Counted from the stretch's first letter, positions 37,423-51,560 are shown. The stretch: 64,000 bases of DNA from Dendrobates tinctorius (GCF_039654945.1 NW_027362062.1:2852001-2916000); one strand, 5' to 3'. The notes: generated from the sequence alone by a model not told the origin. Numbers and translations: made by a program.

Positions 37423-38227
37423 GTTTAGGGTACATACGATGATTTAATTGCTGTTTATTGCATTTTTGTGGGAGGGGGAGGGTGCGGTTTTAATTACTGT
37501 AAACTTTTTTAATTTCATAGATTGGTAGCGCTGCATCCATAGAGATCCAAATATGTTTAATTGCTTCATTTTTTAATTGGAGAAAAAAAGGGGGGGGACT
37601 GTGAAAGTAAGCACACAGATAGCAGTTAAGACCATGTTCACGTTATCTGTATTTGATCAGTATGGAAGAATCCGAGGAAAAGTATAATAGAAACACGTCA
37701 CCACTTCTGTATCTCTCACCCACTCCTGGTTTTGGCTTACAAATACTGATGTGAAATACTGACCAAATACTGAACGTGGCTTAAACGTATTGCTACTTCC
37801 AGAATAATGTATACACAATGTATATTTATATGTGTTTGTTCTCACTAAATCTGTTCTCGGAGCGTGCACATCTGGGTGCAGGATGGGGTCAAATGGTTCA
37901 GGGATGTGTTGACATCCGGCTTGTTTCGGAGTATGACTACCATCAAACGAGCGTATTTCTACGTACCCATTATAGCCAGTGCATGCGACCGATTTTCCAC
38001 ATGGACCATTGGTCTGCATGGGAATAAAAATCACAGCATGCACTCTCCTGATCAAACTAGTGCAAGTAAATGGCAGGCAGCTCCTGTATTCTTCCGGATG
38101 AGTGCATACTTCCAATTTGAGGATGTTGATGTCCCAGTTTCAGTGTGGTCATCTGCACCTGCAGCAGAAAGCAGCTGCACAGAGTGGCGTATCACACCAT
38201 CACCAGGTCCTTTGTGCACCATGTAAC

Positions 38228-40466
38228 CAGGGCTGTGGAGTCGGAGTCGTGGAGTCGGTATAAAATGGTCCGACTCCTAAAATATATAATATATTGGGTA
38301 CAGTAATTCAATGCAGAATGTGCTGAATATTTTTTCATAGGAATTTGGGAAAGTTATGAAATGTCCTATAAATGGCTGTTCTATTCCTGATCTAAGGCTA
38401 CATTCACACACAGCGTTGTTGCTGTGTTTTTTGAGGATACGTTTTTCAGCTGCAAAAGCAGATCAGCGTTTTAAAAAACTGCATCACCTGAAAGGTTTTT
38501 GAGCTCATAAATAATGTTTTCAATAACAAAAGCAGATTAGAAATCTGCTCCATTTATCCATATCTGTCTATCCATATCTTATCTGTACCAATAAGAATGA
38601 AAGCCGGGTAGCACACAGACTAACACTCCTTTTTTTTTTTTTTTTTTTTAGCACCAGTCAGGTACACCTCATAGCTGCCCAAAAGGACGCCCAGGACAGG
38701 CATTGCTTGTCTTCAGTAACACATCAACATCAATTGATAGTTGGAATAAATAGACTGCATTCACCACATCTTAAGGTGCAGGCTTTATTTTCAAGTGTAG
38801 GAGTGTGCAATATAAGGTTCTGCAGCAGCTGAGGTGTGCAGTATGAGTTTCTGTGGAACAGTATGAGGTTCTGCCCCCCCAGTTTTGATCCTGGCTAAAA
38901 CCGTTTCACATAGATATGGCGAACCCTCAGGTAACCCTAAATGAAGGTCAATGGACACAGGTGGCTGAATTGAAGGAATTGCTTAATCACCTATTTACCG
39001 TGACTAAAAAATTACAAGCTGAGGATTTAACTCCTGGCATTTTCATAAGGGAGTGGAAGAACTTGCTATTTTGCCTGTCCCAAAGAGGAGGTTTAGTCGC
39101 AGATGGCATTTCTGCTTCAATGAAACGGAGAGAGACACAGCTATTGGAAAATAAAAATTTTCTGGCAGCTGTTTATGTGGACCCGAGTCATCGTATATTG
39201 CTTAATGATCAACGGCTTACTAAAGGAAAAGAAGCTCTGACTGAGGTAGCAGTTAGGATGAGTGGCCTACAGGAGGACTGCCAGGCGCAAGAGGACTTGG
39301 GTCCTGATACTGCTACTGCTGCCATATCTTCATCCTCATCAGATGAGGACTTCGACAAGTTTTTGGATGACATGGAGCAGACAAAGCGTTGCTGCAAGGA
39401 AAAAGATTTCACTCCATCTCCTATAGCAGCAGATTGACCATATTTCAGCAGAATGTTTCACTTGCTCTCAAAGAAATAGAAAAATTCAACCGTTCATCAA
39501 AACTGACTGTGCATGAGGGAATTCCTTTATACCCGGAAATTGTTAGAGATGTTGCCCATGTGGTTACGGCTTTGCCTCCAACCCAAGTTAGTGTAGAGAG
39601 GTTGTTCTCTGGCCTTAAAATTATTAGGTCAGATTTTAGGTCATCTATGAAGGAGGGTCTGATGGAGGCAATTCTATTTCTTAGAACAAATTCATAGACT
39701 GCACAAATGTTATTTAGTATGTGTTTTTTGCCACTTACATAGTGTAACGTGGGCTTCCTATCTCAGGTACCTCTTTCAGTACCACCCCGTGTTTCCGGAG
39801 GTCCACTCTGCTTTGGCTGGAGTATGAATGAAGGACGCTGGCTGGAATTCCTTGGTTACATGGGCGCATATAAAAGATCACTGCTTCTCCACGTATTTCC
39901 AGTCTGACAACACTTTACTCACAGGACACAGAATATATCACACAGATACAGAGGGCAGACCAATAGAAAAGCGGCAGGCCAGACATACATTACAATAGCC
40001 GCAGGTGGCCGGAGCCTGCCAATATTTCCTGTGGGAATTACAAAGGTGGGGGGAGGGGGGCGGCTGGGCGCAGCCTGTGGGCTGATGCATTAGGGACATG
40101 CATCTCCCATGGAACCTATTATACATACATATAACTGCACAACATATTCTGGGTGCTGAGTGGTTCCGTAACACGTAACACATAGTTTATTACATAGTGT
40201 TATATATGTAATTGATATTACATAGTATATTAGATATATACAATTTATTACAGTTTTTTGTGTTCTAAAGTTGTATTCCAATAAACATATATTATGTTCT
40301 ATCTAAATGTCTTGATTATTGTATCATAAAAATGATTTAATGTCTGATGTTCACATTGTACTACAATAAATTTTTCACTTAAGTATAAGCAATATGTGTC
40401 GGAGTCGGTGGAAGGGAAATTGTGGAGTCTGAGTCGGAGGTTTGTGTTACCGACTCCACAGCCCTG
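38228..40466 (+). mobile_element. Internally deleted hAT transposon in a TTC4 intron
   Basis: TIR CAGGGCTGTGGAGTCGG, 8-bp TSD CATGTAAC, frameshifted transposase C-terminus at 38916-39697 with dimerisation motif LPPTQVSVERLFS. Confidence 0.92.
39743..40180. mobile_element. Solo LTR (438 bp) nested in the hAT element
   Basis: TGTAAC...GTAACA ends, 5-bp TSD CATAG. Confidence 0.8.
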
Positions 40467-40651
40467 CATGTAACGCCACATTTCCACCGGCAGCTTCTCC
40501 TGGTAATATCATCTCATTACTGGGGACATGGAGAATTCTTAATCTGATAGGACACCCCTCTAAATATCCCTAGAGAAGTAAACCTTTGATGGGTGGGAGG
40601 ATGCAGTTATCTGAACAAGCATTCATCATGATTATTGAACTTTTACTATAG

Positions 40652-40866
40652 GAACGAGGAATAAAATTACTAGAACCAAGCAGCAAGGAAGATGATGACG
40701 AGGAGGAGACGTTGGGAACGTTACATAATGGCATCTCCAGTTCTGAAAATGTGACTGGGGCACAAGTGTTTTTAGATGACAGTGGCCTCCTTCATTGGCC
40801 GGTGCTGTTCTTCTACCCCGAACACAGTCAGACGGACTTCATCTCTGCATTTCAGGAAGACTCCAG
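40652..40866 (+). CDS. TTC4: TTC4 coding exon 7
   Basis: ERGIKLLE...LHWPVLFFYPEHSQTDFISAFQEDSR. Confidence 0.93.
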
Positions 40867-40963
40867 GTAGGTTGGGGATGGCTCACTGCACCCTGTAGTT
40901 AGACTGTAGTTTCTGGTGTCTCCATCATGTTTCTTCAGTTCATCATTTAATTATTATTTTTAG

Positions 40964-41048
40964 ATTTATAGATCATCTGAATGAAATGTTCTCATTGGAT
41001 TTGCCACCGTGGGATACGGAGAGAAAATACGTGGCTCACAATCTAGAG
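40964..41048 (+). CDS. TTC4: TTC4 coding exon 8
   Basis: FIDHLNEMFSLDLPPWDTERKYVAHNLE. Confidence 0.92.
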
Positions 41049-41687
41049 GTCAGTACAGACAGTTATTCTACTAAGAAGTCACGTCTTTCATGTTCAGTGT
41101 GTTTCATTTGGAGGAGACATACAGACAGGTCCTTTCACAGGCTCCTTTGTCAGCGGCCATGTTGATGACAGAAGTCCTGTGATGAAGGCTGCACTAAAAA
41201 GCCTCTCAAAAGAGGGTTCACTGACAAAACTGTGCTACTTAATATTGGTACGTACTACAGATGGTGAAAATTGACTTACAGGACCACGTCTATAATCTAC
41301 GACTGCCCGAAAGGAGCCCTGCCACTTCCTGGCATCCATAGCTTCTCTTATGAGTAGTCTGCCTGGTAAGACATCATGCCTCAACGATGACATCACACCA
41401 GGCCGACTAATCGAAAGAGATGTCAGTGACGCAGTCAGGTAGGAGGCGGTTTGCAAGGCTCCTGTCCAGTGACAACATATTAATGACGTGGCTGCTGGAG
41501 AGCACCATCCCCAGTAAGGACCGCAAAATCATGTCCCAACACATCTGATAGAATATAGTGGACAAACCCTTTAATTTTCCCCATGGAGTTGAGCACTTGT
41601 TAGGATCCCCCACAAATTACAGCTCATAACTTTGAGCCTAGCAAAAAGAAGCTGAAAACATGGCGTATCTGTGGACCTTTTCTGTAA

Positions 41688-42484
41688 GGCTACGTTGACA
41701 CGTAGCGGAACTCTCGCGGAAGTTACCGCGAGAATTCCGGAATTCCTTTCCGTATCTTGCGTAATTAGCTTGCAGAATGCTAGCGTTTTCTAAGCGATCT
41801 GGAGCATCGCTTGGAGAACTGATTGACAGGTTGGTCACACTCGTCAAACATAGTGATTGACAAGTGTGACCAACTTTTTACTATTGATGCTGCCTATGCC
41901 ACATCAGTAGTAAAAAGATCTAATGTAAAAAATATTGTTATTCTCACCTTCCGGCATCTCACGCAGCCTTCCTGCCTCTCTCCACGCTCCCGATCCCAGT
42001 AATCCTTTGCGCGAATGACTGCGAGACGTCGCGCTCCCACGAGATCGCGACGTCATCGCGGTCATTCTCGCAAAGGATTACTGGGACCGGGAGTGTGGAG
42101 ACAGATGGGAAGGCTGCGCGGGACGCCGGAAGGTGAGAATAACAATATTTTTTATTTTAATTCTTTTTTTTACAGGGCTATGGTACCCAGAGGACAGTCT
42201 CCTCTCCTCCGGACCGTGGGTACCATTCGCAAATGTTCTGCTTACTTTTCGCATGGTGGGCACAGCCACATGTAGAAAGTAAGGAGAACAATGCATTCCT
42301 ATGTGGGCGGAATCGCCGCGATTCCGCTAAATTAATAAGCATGCTGCGTTTTTTTACCGCAAAGCGATTCAGTCGCGGGAAAATCCGCAGCATTAGCACA
42401 GCATTGCGGAATCCCATAGGATTGCATGGGATGCTTATTTGTCATGTTTTCGTGGCAAAAAAACAGCGACGTGTGAAGTCAGCC
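41688..42484. mobile_element. PIF/Harbinger-like MITE
   Basis: GGCTACGTTGACACG / CGTGTGAAGTCAGCC imperfect TIR, TAA TSD, internal palindrome at ~41930-42150. Confidence 0.65.
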
Positions 42485-42698
42485 TAAAAAAAAAAAAAAG
42501 GGGGTTGTCCAAAGTGGACACAGAGGGCAGCTAATAATGTGAACTCAACAATTTACTAGACACATAGTATCGTCCTCCATTATTAAAATCAAAGGGCTGT
42601 GTCCATCACTTGGGAACAACATGTATACCCAGCGCTTAGTCTGCTTGATTTACGCAATACTGCAGGGAAAATGTCTACAATCTCATCTCATTTTGCAG

Positions 42699-42781
42699 AT
42701 CTTCTTTGAGGATGAAATATCTCAGTCCTTTTACCAGGTAGATCTGGACAAGACATTACTCCAGGTCATGCAGCACAGCAG
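42699..42781 (+). CDS. TTC4: TTC4 coding exon 9
   Basis: IFFEDEISQSFYQVDLDKTLLQVMQHSR. Confidence 0.92.
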
Positions 42782-43570
42782 GTGAGAATACAGTCGTAGG
42801 ACAACAACCTACTTAGGAATGGATGACGCGCAGTTTTTTCCTAGGTTACAGAATAACTAAACTATTTGGTTTTTTTTAAGAATTTTGTCCAGCATGTAAA
42901 GTTTCATGTCCTTACATATTGATTCAGAGGAAGGCAAGTGGGGCACGTGTTAATTGCCCCGTATTAAGGGAAAAGTTCCTTCCTGGACTCCATACATTAC
43001 TCAGACTAGTTCCCAGGATCGGTGTCCCATCAAAGTTATAACATTTTGCAAATCACTTTTTCTGGAGATTTGTCTTCATGCCTGTAAAAACAATTGCATG
43101 GAAGGGTCTTCCAAACCCGTGATATTCCCCAGTCTATTTGCCTGCCTTCAGCCTCAAAGATTTCGGACCATTCTCATTTGGAGTACAGATGATGGCAGTG
43201 ATGGGCCAGCTCTGTGCCTGTGTTTAACTAACTCTAAGCTGCTACAGGAGATTGTTCTGTAAGCACAACACTCAGAAGAAGAGATTGTTGCTGATCCTTT
43301 CACTACCATCATCTGTACTCCAAATGAATATGCTCTGATATCAATGCAGCTGAAGGCAGGCAAATAGATGGGGGAAAAGCTGGGGCTCGGAAGTCTCTTA
43401 CATGCACTTTTTCAGAGGTATGAAGGCAGAGTCTCTAATAAAGTGAGTGCAAATATTCGTAAAAAAAAGACCGAAAAAAAATGTAGTTACTCTTTTAATA
43501 TTGTGTTTGTGTTGAACGAACAAGTTAATCATTGTTGTACTATACTAATTGCTGTCTTGTCTTTTCCTAG

Positions 43571-43673
43571 GTTTTGTGTGAAAGCCGGGACTCCATCATT
43601 CCTCATTTTTGCTAAGCAATCCCCTTTCTGCAAAAAATATTTTTCTGACAAAAAACTTCACAGGATACACTGA
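43571..43673 (+). CDS. TTC4: TTC4 last coding exon
   Basis: FCVKAGTPSFLIFAKQSPFCKKYFSDKKLHRIH*; the joined CDS is 1161 bp (386 aa) with consistent phases; AATAAA at 43818. Confidence 0.92.
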
Positions 43674-44574
43674 TATTTAAAGGTTTTATGAACTTTGACG
43701 TAATGTCATGTCGAGCTGACGGCCATAATCTCTGCCTCTATTGGTTTGGGAGGTTTCTGCGCTGTTTTCATGATTGTTGCAGTTTGCAGAAGAATCCCCA
43801 CAATGGAAGTGTGCAACAATAAACCACAACAGTAATATTGCCTATTGTTTTAGCTTCTCTAAGTCTTGAGGTTAAAGGGATAGTCCAGGATTACAAAAAC
43901 ATGGCTGATTGCTTCCAAAAGCGGTGCCGCACCTGTCCACAGGGCGTATGGGGCTTGTGATACCAAACACAACCGATTTACAAGTGTTGTTGAACTTTGG
44001 CAGACAGCAGCCATGTTTCTCTAATCTTGTGCAACACCTCTAATAGTTTGTGGTATTTCATGATCTTTGGGTCAACCAGAGTGCTTCCCCTTGGCTTTAT
44101 CAGCGAACCCCCCACCCCCTTGTAATGTCCATATTATCTAACATGGTATAGAAAGAGGGGAACCTCTTTAATCACCTGGCAAAAACATGGCCTTACTTCT
44201 ATTACAGATCTCCAGCCATCGGAACAGCTGTCTTGTGATCACACAAACCCATAAAAGGGTTTGACTATAAACATATATTAGACCAGCATGAAGAGGTGTC
44301 TCTAAAATATATACTTCTATTTGAACCAAAAATATCAACCTATCAAAAAGGAGTGCAGAGCCCAATAAGTAAATGTTAAAATAAATCTATATAATCTTTA
44401 TTATTACATAGTTATATCAAAAATATACAACATCGGACAGAAAAGATTTTAGGAGTCAAATGGATGAGTTAAAATAATGTATTAATAAATATGTATATCC
44501 TTCAGATAATGGAGTAGAAGGTCCTACAGCTGCTCTGCTTGTAAAGCTGCCATTTAGGCCCCATCAGGAACTGC

Positions 44575-44790
44575 AAGATGTGTATGAGTAAAAGTACATG
44601 TAGCAGAGCTGTGTGTGTGTGTGTGTGTGTGCATGTAGCAGAGCTGTGTGTGTGCGCATGTAGCAGTTCTGTGTGTGTATGCAAGTGCATGTAGTATATC
44701 TGTGTGAGTAAATGTACAGTACATCTAGCAGAGCTGTGTATGTCTGTAAATGTACATGTAGTAGAGCTATGTGTGTATAATACACACTGC
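44575..44790. repeat. (TG)n-containing minisatellite with a catgtagcagagctg core
   Basis: Visible repeated motif interspersed with TG runs. Confidence 0.7.
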
Positions 44791-45724
44791 AGAGAAATGT
44801 AATGTACGCTGTATTAATAATTCTCCTTTTAAATTACGGTAAGCGAAAAATTTACTTTTAAATGTTGCGCACAAGAAAATGCAATACAGATTCTCCACAT
44901 CTTCCTAAGCCATAAGTGCAGTTTCTTCTTCTGCAAGTGTAAGCAAGTCCAGCATTGGGGAGGTCTTTAGGTTCCCATCTAGAGGATATCTGTGCCCAAT
45001 CCATGAGGCTTCTAGATATAGAATATAGATCATATCAGTCCCAAAGTATCTGTTTTTCTTCTGATTCATGTTTGATAGACTCCATCTGGGAGTTGTCCAG
45101 AGTCTTCTTTTCAGTAGTGGTTCGCACACCCCAATTATTGACCTCCATCTTTTCCTTCTTTCTGTTCCACTGCCTAGCTCGGCGCTGACATTTAAAAACG
45201 AACGTTTTCCCAAATAACTTGTTTTTATTATTTTTAACTCTGTAATAATAAAGATAATTATATATTTTTGTTTACATTACTCCTTTTGAAAGCTAAACAT
45301 ATATTGGTGTGTTCTTCCTTACCTTACATCTTGGTCGATGTGGCTTATTTTGGGATCTGATTTGTCATATGTGCCATCTAGTGGTTGTAATGTGCATTAC
45401 AGCTGCAAAGTATTTTGTTAGTATGTTTTGATAATATATTGAATCTGCACCTTGAGAAACTAGAAGTCCTTTGTGAAATATTTAGTAGTGTAACCTTAGA
45501 CTCATCCATAAATCAGCTTAAAAAAAAAACCAGTTTCTAAGCTTTTGCACAGTTTCCATTCATCCATTTTCTTTCGGCTGGGAAGCTACATACCTTGAGA
45601 AGACTGCCAGGTGTGTACATGCTGCAACTACTGCCATTACTGCAGTGACCAATGAGATGCCAGCCTTGAACTGAAACTCCTCCTACCTGTATTCTTGTCG
45701 GTAGGAAAACTGTGGCTAACACAC

Positions 45725-45972
45725 AGCAGCACAGTGGGAGCCAGAGAGGAGATTGAGATGACAGCACTGTGTGAACTGGAAAGGACATTGAGATGACAGC
45801 ACCGTGGGAACCAGAGAGGAGATTGAGATGACAGTACAGTGTGAACTGGAAAGGACATTGAGATGACAGCACAATGGGAACCAGAGAGGAGATTGAAATG
45901 ACAGCAGCACAGTGACAACCAGGGGAGATTGAGATTACAGCAGCACAGTGAGAGCCAGAGAGGAGATGAAAT
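45725..45972. repeat. ~30-33 bp minisatellite (gagatgacagcacagtgggaaccagagaggagatt), continuing at ~47620-47690
   Basis: Tandem units on both sides of the L2 insertion. Confidence 0.8.
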
Positions 45973-47619
45973 CTCCTCGGGCATTTTCCCATCCTCCTTC
46001 ACACTCTATCGTTACTCCATTACTAAAGAAACCCGCTCTCGACCCATCCTGCACAAACAGCTACAGACCAGTCTCCAATCTCCCCTTCATCTCTAAACTC
46101 TTGGAGCACCTAGCCTACTCCCGCCTTACACCCATTACCTCTCCACTCACTCCCTTCTAGACCCTTCACAGTCCGGCTTCCGCTCCCTACATTTCGACTG
46201 AAACTGCACTCATCAATGTGACTAACGACCTTCTGACAGCAAAATGTAACGGTGACCACTCTGCTCATTCTTCTCGACCTATCTGCAGCTTTCGACACTG
46301 TTGACCACTGTCTCCTACTCTCTAGGCTCCAGTCAATAGGCATTAAGGACACTGCTCTCTCCTGGTTCTCTTCCTATCTTGCTGACTGCTCCTTCAGTGT
46401 TTTGTTTACTGGCTCCACGTCATCTCTTCCTCTCGCTGTCGGGGTACCTCAGGGCTCAGTCCTTGGCCCCCTTCTCTCTCTACACGGCCCCAGTTGGACA
46501 AACCATCAGCAGATTTGGCTTTCAGTACCATCTTTATGCTGATGACACACAACTATACACATTATCTCCTGACCTTACCTCCGCTGTACTACAGAACGCC
46601 ACTGACTGTCTGTCCGCAGTCTCCAACATCATCTCCGCTCTCTATCTGAAACTCAACCACTCCAAAACTGAACTACTTCTGCTCCCGCCGTCTACTAACT
46701 TCCCTAAATCTGACATTTCCCTCTCTGTGGGTGGCACCATAATTACTCCCCGCAGCAGGCGCGCTGTCTGGGTGTTATGTTTGACACCAATCTCTCCTTC
46801 ACATCCCATATACAATGTCTTGCCCGCCCTTGCCACTTACACCTAAAGAACATCTCCAGAATCCGCCCTTTTCTCACCATGGAAACAACAAAAGCCCTCA
46901 CTTTCACATTGATCCACTCCCGCCTGGATTACTGCAACGCTCTATTAATTGGCCTCCCCGTTACTCGACTATCCCCTCTCCAGCCAGGGTCATCCATCTT
47001 GCTAATCGGTACTCTGTAGCGTCCGTTCTTCGCCAGTCCCTACATTGGCTGCCCATTCATTATAGGATCCAATTCAAAGTACTTGTTCTCACCCACAAAG
47101 CTCTCCACAGTGCGGCACCCCCCTACATCTTCCTCATTTCTGTCTATCGGCCTAACTGACCACTATGCTTTACTAATGACTTTCGACTAACCTCTGCACT
47201 AATCCTCACCTCCTGACTCCAAGACTTCTCCCGCGCTGCGACAACCCTCTGGAATGCTCTACCCCAAGAAATTAGTATAGTTTCAGGCGCTCCCTCAAAA
47301 CACATTTGTTCCGAGCGGCCTATCACGTTCCCTAATCAGTCATTCTATGTGTAAGTGTGCGTGTGTAGCTCATTCACTATCTCCATCCATCCTTCACTCT
47401 CTCAAGATGGCTGGACCATCAATGTAAATACATCATTGTAAATACACCCCTGTACTCTGTATCTCCGCCACCTCATTGTAGATTGTAAGCTCTCACGAGC
47501 AGGGTCGTCTTATTTTGCTTTAATGATTATATTGTTAACATTGTTACTTATGACTTGTGTTTTGAAACTGTTAAACGCTGCGGAATATGTTGGCGCTATA
47601 TAAATAAAGATTATTATTA
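45973..47619 (+). mobile_element. 5'-truncated L2 LINE
   Basis: [55 protein letters not shown] and SRLDYCN with frameshifts; gcgctatataaataaaga(tta)n tail; TSD ATGAAAT. Confidence 0.93.
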
Positions 47620-49625
47620 ATGAAATGACAGCAGCACAGTGAGAGCCAGAGAGGAAATAGAGCTGACAGCATAGTGAGATAGGAGAGATTTAGCGGAGTG
47701 CCAGCAGCATGAGTAGTTAATGGTTACTGTTCCCTGTTTGATCCAGGTTTTTTTTCTATCCCATCCATATATGTCTGTCCTTCTGTTTATTAGACCTGGA
47801 ACAGGTACAAGCAGTGTGAACTACGGCTAAAAATGGCAAAATTAAAGAGTTTATTATAATGGTGCAGCAGAGTGGGCTTGAAGAGGTAGCGGACAGGGAT
47901 TTCACTGCTGTGTGGGGAATAAAGGTTGTGGACAGTGCAGAGATCGAGGCGGAGGGACAGAATAGGAACTGTAGATAAGCTGCGCAGGAAGGGGGAGACT
48001 CAGAGCAAGGGCCGCAAAAAGGACTGTAGATAGGTTGTGCATCACAGAGAAAATCTCAGAGCTGGGACAGGAGAGGGACAATCGGGTACGGACTGGGGAT
48101 TAAATTCAGCCCTGGCATTTGAAATCACACAAGCCCATGTTGTCCCTGTCCCCAAGAACCAGATGGGATATATTACTAATATTACCCTGGAAGGAGGAAA
48201 GCAAGATTTACTACAAGACCAATATTTGTAATGATACCAGAGGCCCGCTGGGGTAAGTGACTTGGTGCTACGTCACAACTCTTAACAGTATGGGTGTCTT
48301 GAGAACACCGATTCTGCAACACAGCAGACAAGGCGGCCCACAACCAGACAGCCCTTCTGGCATTTGTCAGATTTGCCGGAAGGCCAGTCCGACCCTGGGG
48401 ACAATGATGAGCTGTACATGAAAGGGAGATCCCCAGACATCGAGAAGAATTGTGGACAAGCTGTATATGAAAGGGAGGTCCCAAGATGTGGGACAGGAGA
48501 GGTACTATGGATAAAGCTGTGCATGAGACGGAGATGCCCAGAAGGGCTGTGGAGAAGCGTGACAGCTCCTTTGTGTACAGCAGTTCACACCTAGGAGAAG
48601 CAAAGTCGTCTGATCCGACTCTGCTTTGTTACTGGAGATGGATTCAACCTAACGTTACTGGACTGTAAGTCTCAGAGGAGGAAGACCACTTGTAGCGAGC
48701 ACTTTAGGGCAGAGGTACTACAGGGATTAAAATAATGTTTCCTGTAAATAAAGTGATTTCCCAATGTCGCTATTTAATACACGACTAACAAATGTAGATA
48801 CATTTATTAAAATGACAATGACCATTTAAATAAAAAAACTTCCTCTCCAAAAATAAAGCCGTTCTTTTTTACATACATAAGACATTCCACATATATTTAT
48901 ACTATTCATGCAAAATGAAAATTAAAAAAAAGAACTTGGTTTTATACTTGGAGAGCGCAGAAGTTTCTCTATTTTTTGGATCTGGATTTGGGAGTTTTTC
49001 CTCCATCACCTCCTGCAGTCACTGATTTGTCATGTTTTTTTTTTTTACACATTTAGCAAAATAATACGCTGAGAAAAGAAAACAATCTTTGGACGTGACA
49101 CATAACCTGCTGGTGCTAGCAGCATACACCCATGGTTTCCCGTGTCCCCCAATGAAGCGTCTGAGAGTTAAATTTTTTAAATTATTTTTTTTATTCACTT
49201 TTTTTTTTCATGGGACAAATTCCAGCTTGCTGCAGTTACATAAAAAAACACATGTAACATATCAGAAAAAATGGATTTCTCAGCAGGAAAGTCCATCCTT
49301 GATTTTAGCCAGTATACTTATCTGATATGCAAAGAAATATTTATATTTTATGGTGTCCATTATCATAGGCTGCTGGGGGTATTTTTTGTGTATATCCACA
49401 ATATTGGATCCTTTTTAATTGTTACTAACCTGTCTTGGATCCAGTGCTGGATGCTGATTTCTCCTCTGGACGTCAACTCTTTTTTTTTTTTTTTTGGCGC
49501 ATCAGGTTCTAAGGGCAACCCGGCGCACACCTCTAACTTAATGTCCTCCGGCCTAATAGACCACCTCTGCATTGTCAATCTGCTATACTAGGCTCTGCTT
49601 TTCCCCAGGCCAGCTCTGCTATATT

Positions 49626-49730
49626 TAGATTGTGAGCCCCATCGGGGACAGTGATGATGATGTGTGCAAAATGTAAAGCGCTGCGGAATATGTTAGCGCT
49701 ATATAAAAATAAAGATTATTATTATTATTA
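49626..49730 (+). mobile_element. Short L2 or L2-dependent SINE 3' tail
   Basis: gattgtgagccc...gcgctgcggaatatgttagcgctatataaaaataaaga(tta)n, homologous to the L2 tail at 47480-47619. Confidence 0.75.
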
Positions 49731-50405
49731 TAGTATGATGTGACAAAACCAGCTTTGCTATACTGCACCATGTGACAAACACAGCTCAACTATACCACTG
49801 ACTAGTTCTGCAAAAATCTGCTAGTCCAGGCCTGTTTAATTCACTTCAGGTACATAAGTCCCTCATCACTAAGTCTCCTCGGATTCCTTGTCACGCCTGC
49901 TGCCGTTTGCTCACCTCTGTTTCATCAGATTCCGTGATTCCTTTTTGCTCCTGTTGCCTTTTTTCAACTACAGCTTCCATTATTCCATCTGGATCTTTCT
50001 GCTGCACCAGCATCATCTGTCCGTGCTACATAACAATTGCTCATCCAGGTCAAGGACTCTGGGGATCCTTCTTACCTACTGAGACAGAACATTATTAGGA
50101 TCCATTGAGCTTTCTGTCAAATGGTTGTTTTCAAAATATGATATTCTTGCTTTAAAAAAAATGCTTGTCAGCAACTGACCCAAACATTGAGGTTCCAAGA
50201 AAAGAGGTCTATGTTTGTCTCCTTCTTTGGAGCAGTTTTTGTGTATACTGTGAAGACTAGTTCTGGGTCTAACTTCATATCATCAGATAGATAAGAAATA
50301 AATTGCCTGTCCACTAATTAATATAAAGGGGATTGATAAGTGATAATATGAATTATTGGAAGTACAGTTGGAGTAATGATGGAGAAAGTCTCGTTATTTC
50401 ATTAA

Positions 50406-50930
50406 AGGGAACCTGTCAGCAGGATTGTGCACAGTAACCTACAAACAGTGTCACGTCGGCGCCGTTATACTGATTACAATGATACCTTGATGAAATCCGT
50501 CTTGTGCTTGTTGTTTAATCTTTATTTTCAGTTTTGAGTTAATGATATGCCCATGCCCCGAAACGGCCTGTGGGGGGATCCTCATGTGGTGCTCTGATTA
50601 GATATTCATAATGCAGACTGCTGACAGGTCACTGATCCCTCACTGACCTGCCCCATAGTTTACATAATGAATGCCTGAACATACTGAAAAAAAAAAAATA
50701 TTCTGCAGTCATGCACTGGCCGTGGCCCCTGTGCTGAAGCATAATCACGTTTAGTGTCCAGTTAATAACTATTCTTGATGTTACTGAGCAAGTAAAAAAA
50801 AATCAATTTGAAAATGGCATCTGCCATGCCTGCGCAGTAGCAGCTATCGGTGTGTATAGAAATTTGATAGCTGCTATTGTGCCAGCGGCGCCATCTTGGA
50901 GGAGGAAATTTTTTCATCAAAAAATTGCTT
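50406..50930. mobile_element. Partial T2/Kolobok-type MITE
   Basis: ttaa-AGGGAACCTGTCA left end; no clear right end. Confidence 0.55.
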
Positions 50931-50939
50931 GATTGTATG

Positions 50940-51560
50940 ATGGGGACCCTGCCAGATAAAGAATAGAGTGTCTAGGTACCTCCAGTACATGACAATATGG
51001 TGCTATTTGATGTATTGTAATATATGAGTTTCTTGGAATTGACCCATAGACAAATTGGCAAAGCTAGGTGCTACTCTCGTGCCCATAGCCGTCCCAGTGG
51101 TTTGACGTTATGTACATTTATTATAAATTATATTATTGGTGAGGATGAAATATAATCCTCCAAGTAGAAAAGATTATGTTAAATGCTGTAATCCTTTCAT
51201 CCTGATTTAAATAATGGCCTACTTATTCAAATCTTACATTGTGGTCAATATTTGCATAAAGTGATGATACTTCTATTGTCGTCAAAGTCTAATCATCCAG
51301 CCGTCCAATGTTTTTTAGATTTGGGCTGAGTCCTTTTCTGGCTCGGAGGTTTGGTGACCTAATCTTGTAAAATTATACCAATGTACATAGACAGATTACT
51401 TCTTAGTGAGTTGATAACAGATATAATACGAAGTTCTGGTTGGTCCAGAAGTCATTTGTGGATTTTAGGCAGATGACAAAAAAAAAACAAAACAGTATGT
51501 TGGGGTTCTAGATGATAAAGGACTTTTTCTCATTTAGTATTCTTTCCCGGTAAGTTTAAT
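50940..51560 (-). pseudogene. Decayed Penelope-like element (PLE) reverse transcriptase
   Basis: Manual minus-strand translation gives HLPKIHK*...IISVINSLRSNLSMYI, LTTIEVSSLYANIDH and QTTGTAMGTRVAPSFANLSMG...YWRYLDTLFFIWQG, which are diagnostic PLE RT motifs with stops and frameshifts. Confidence 0.85.
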
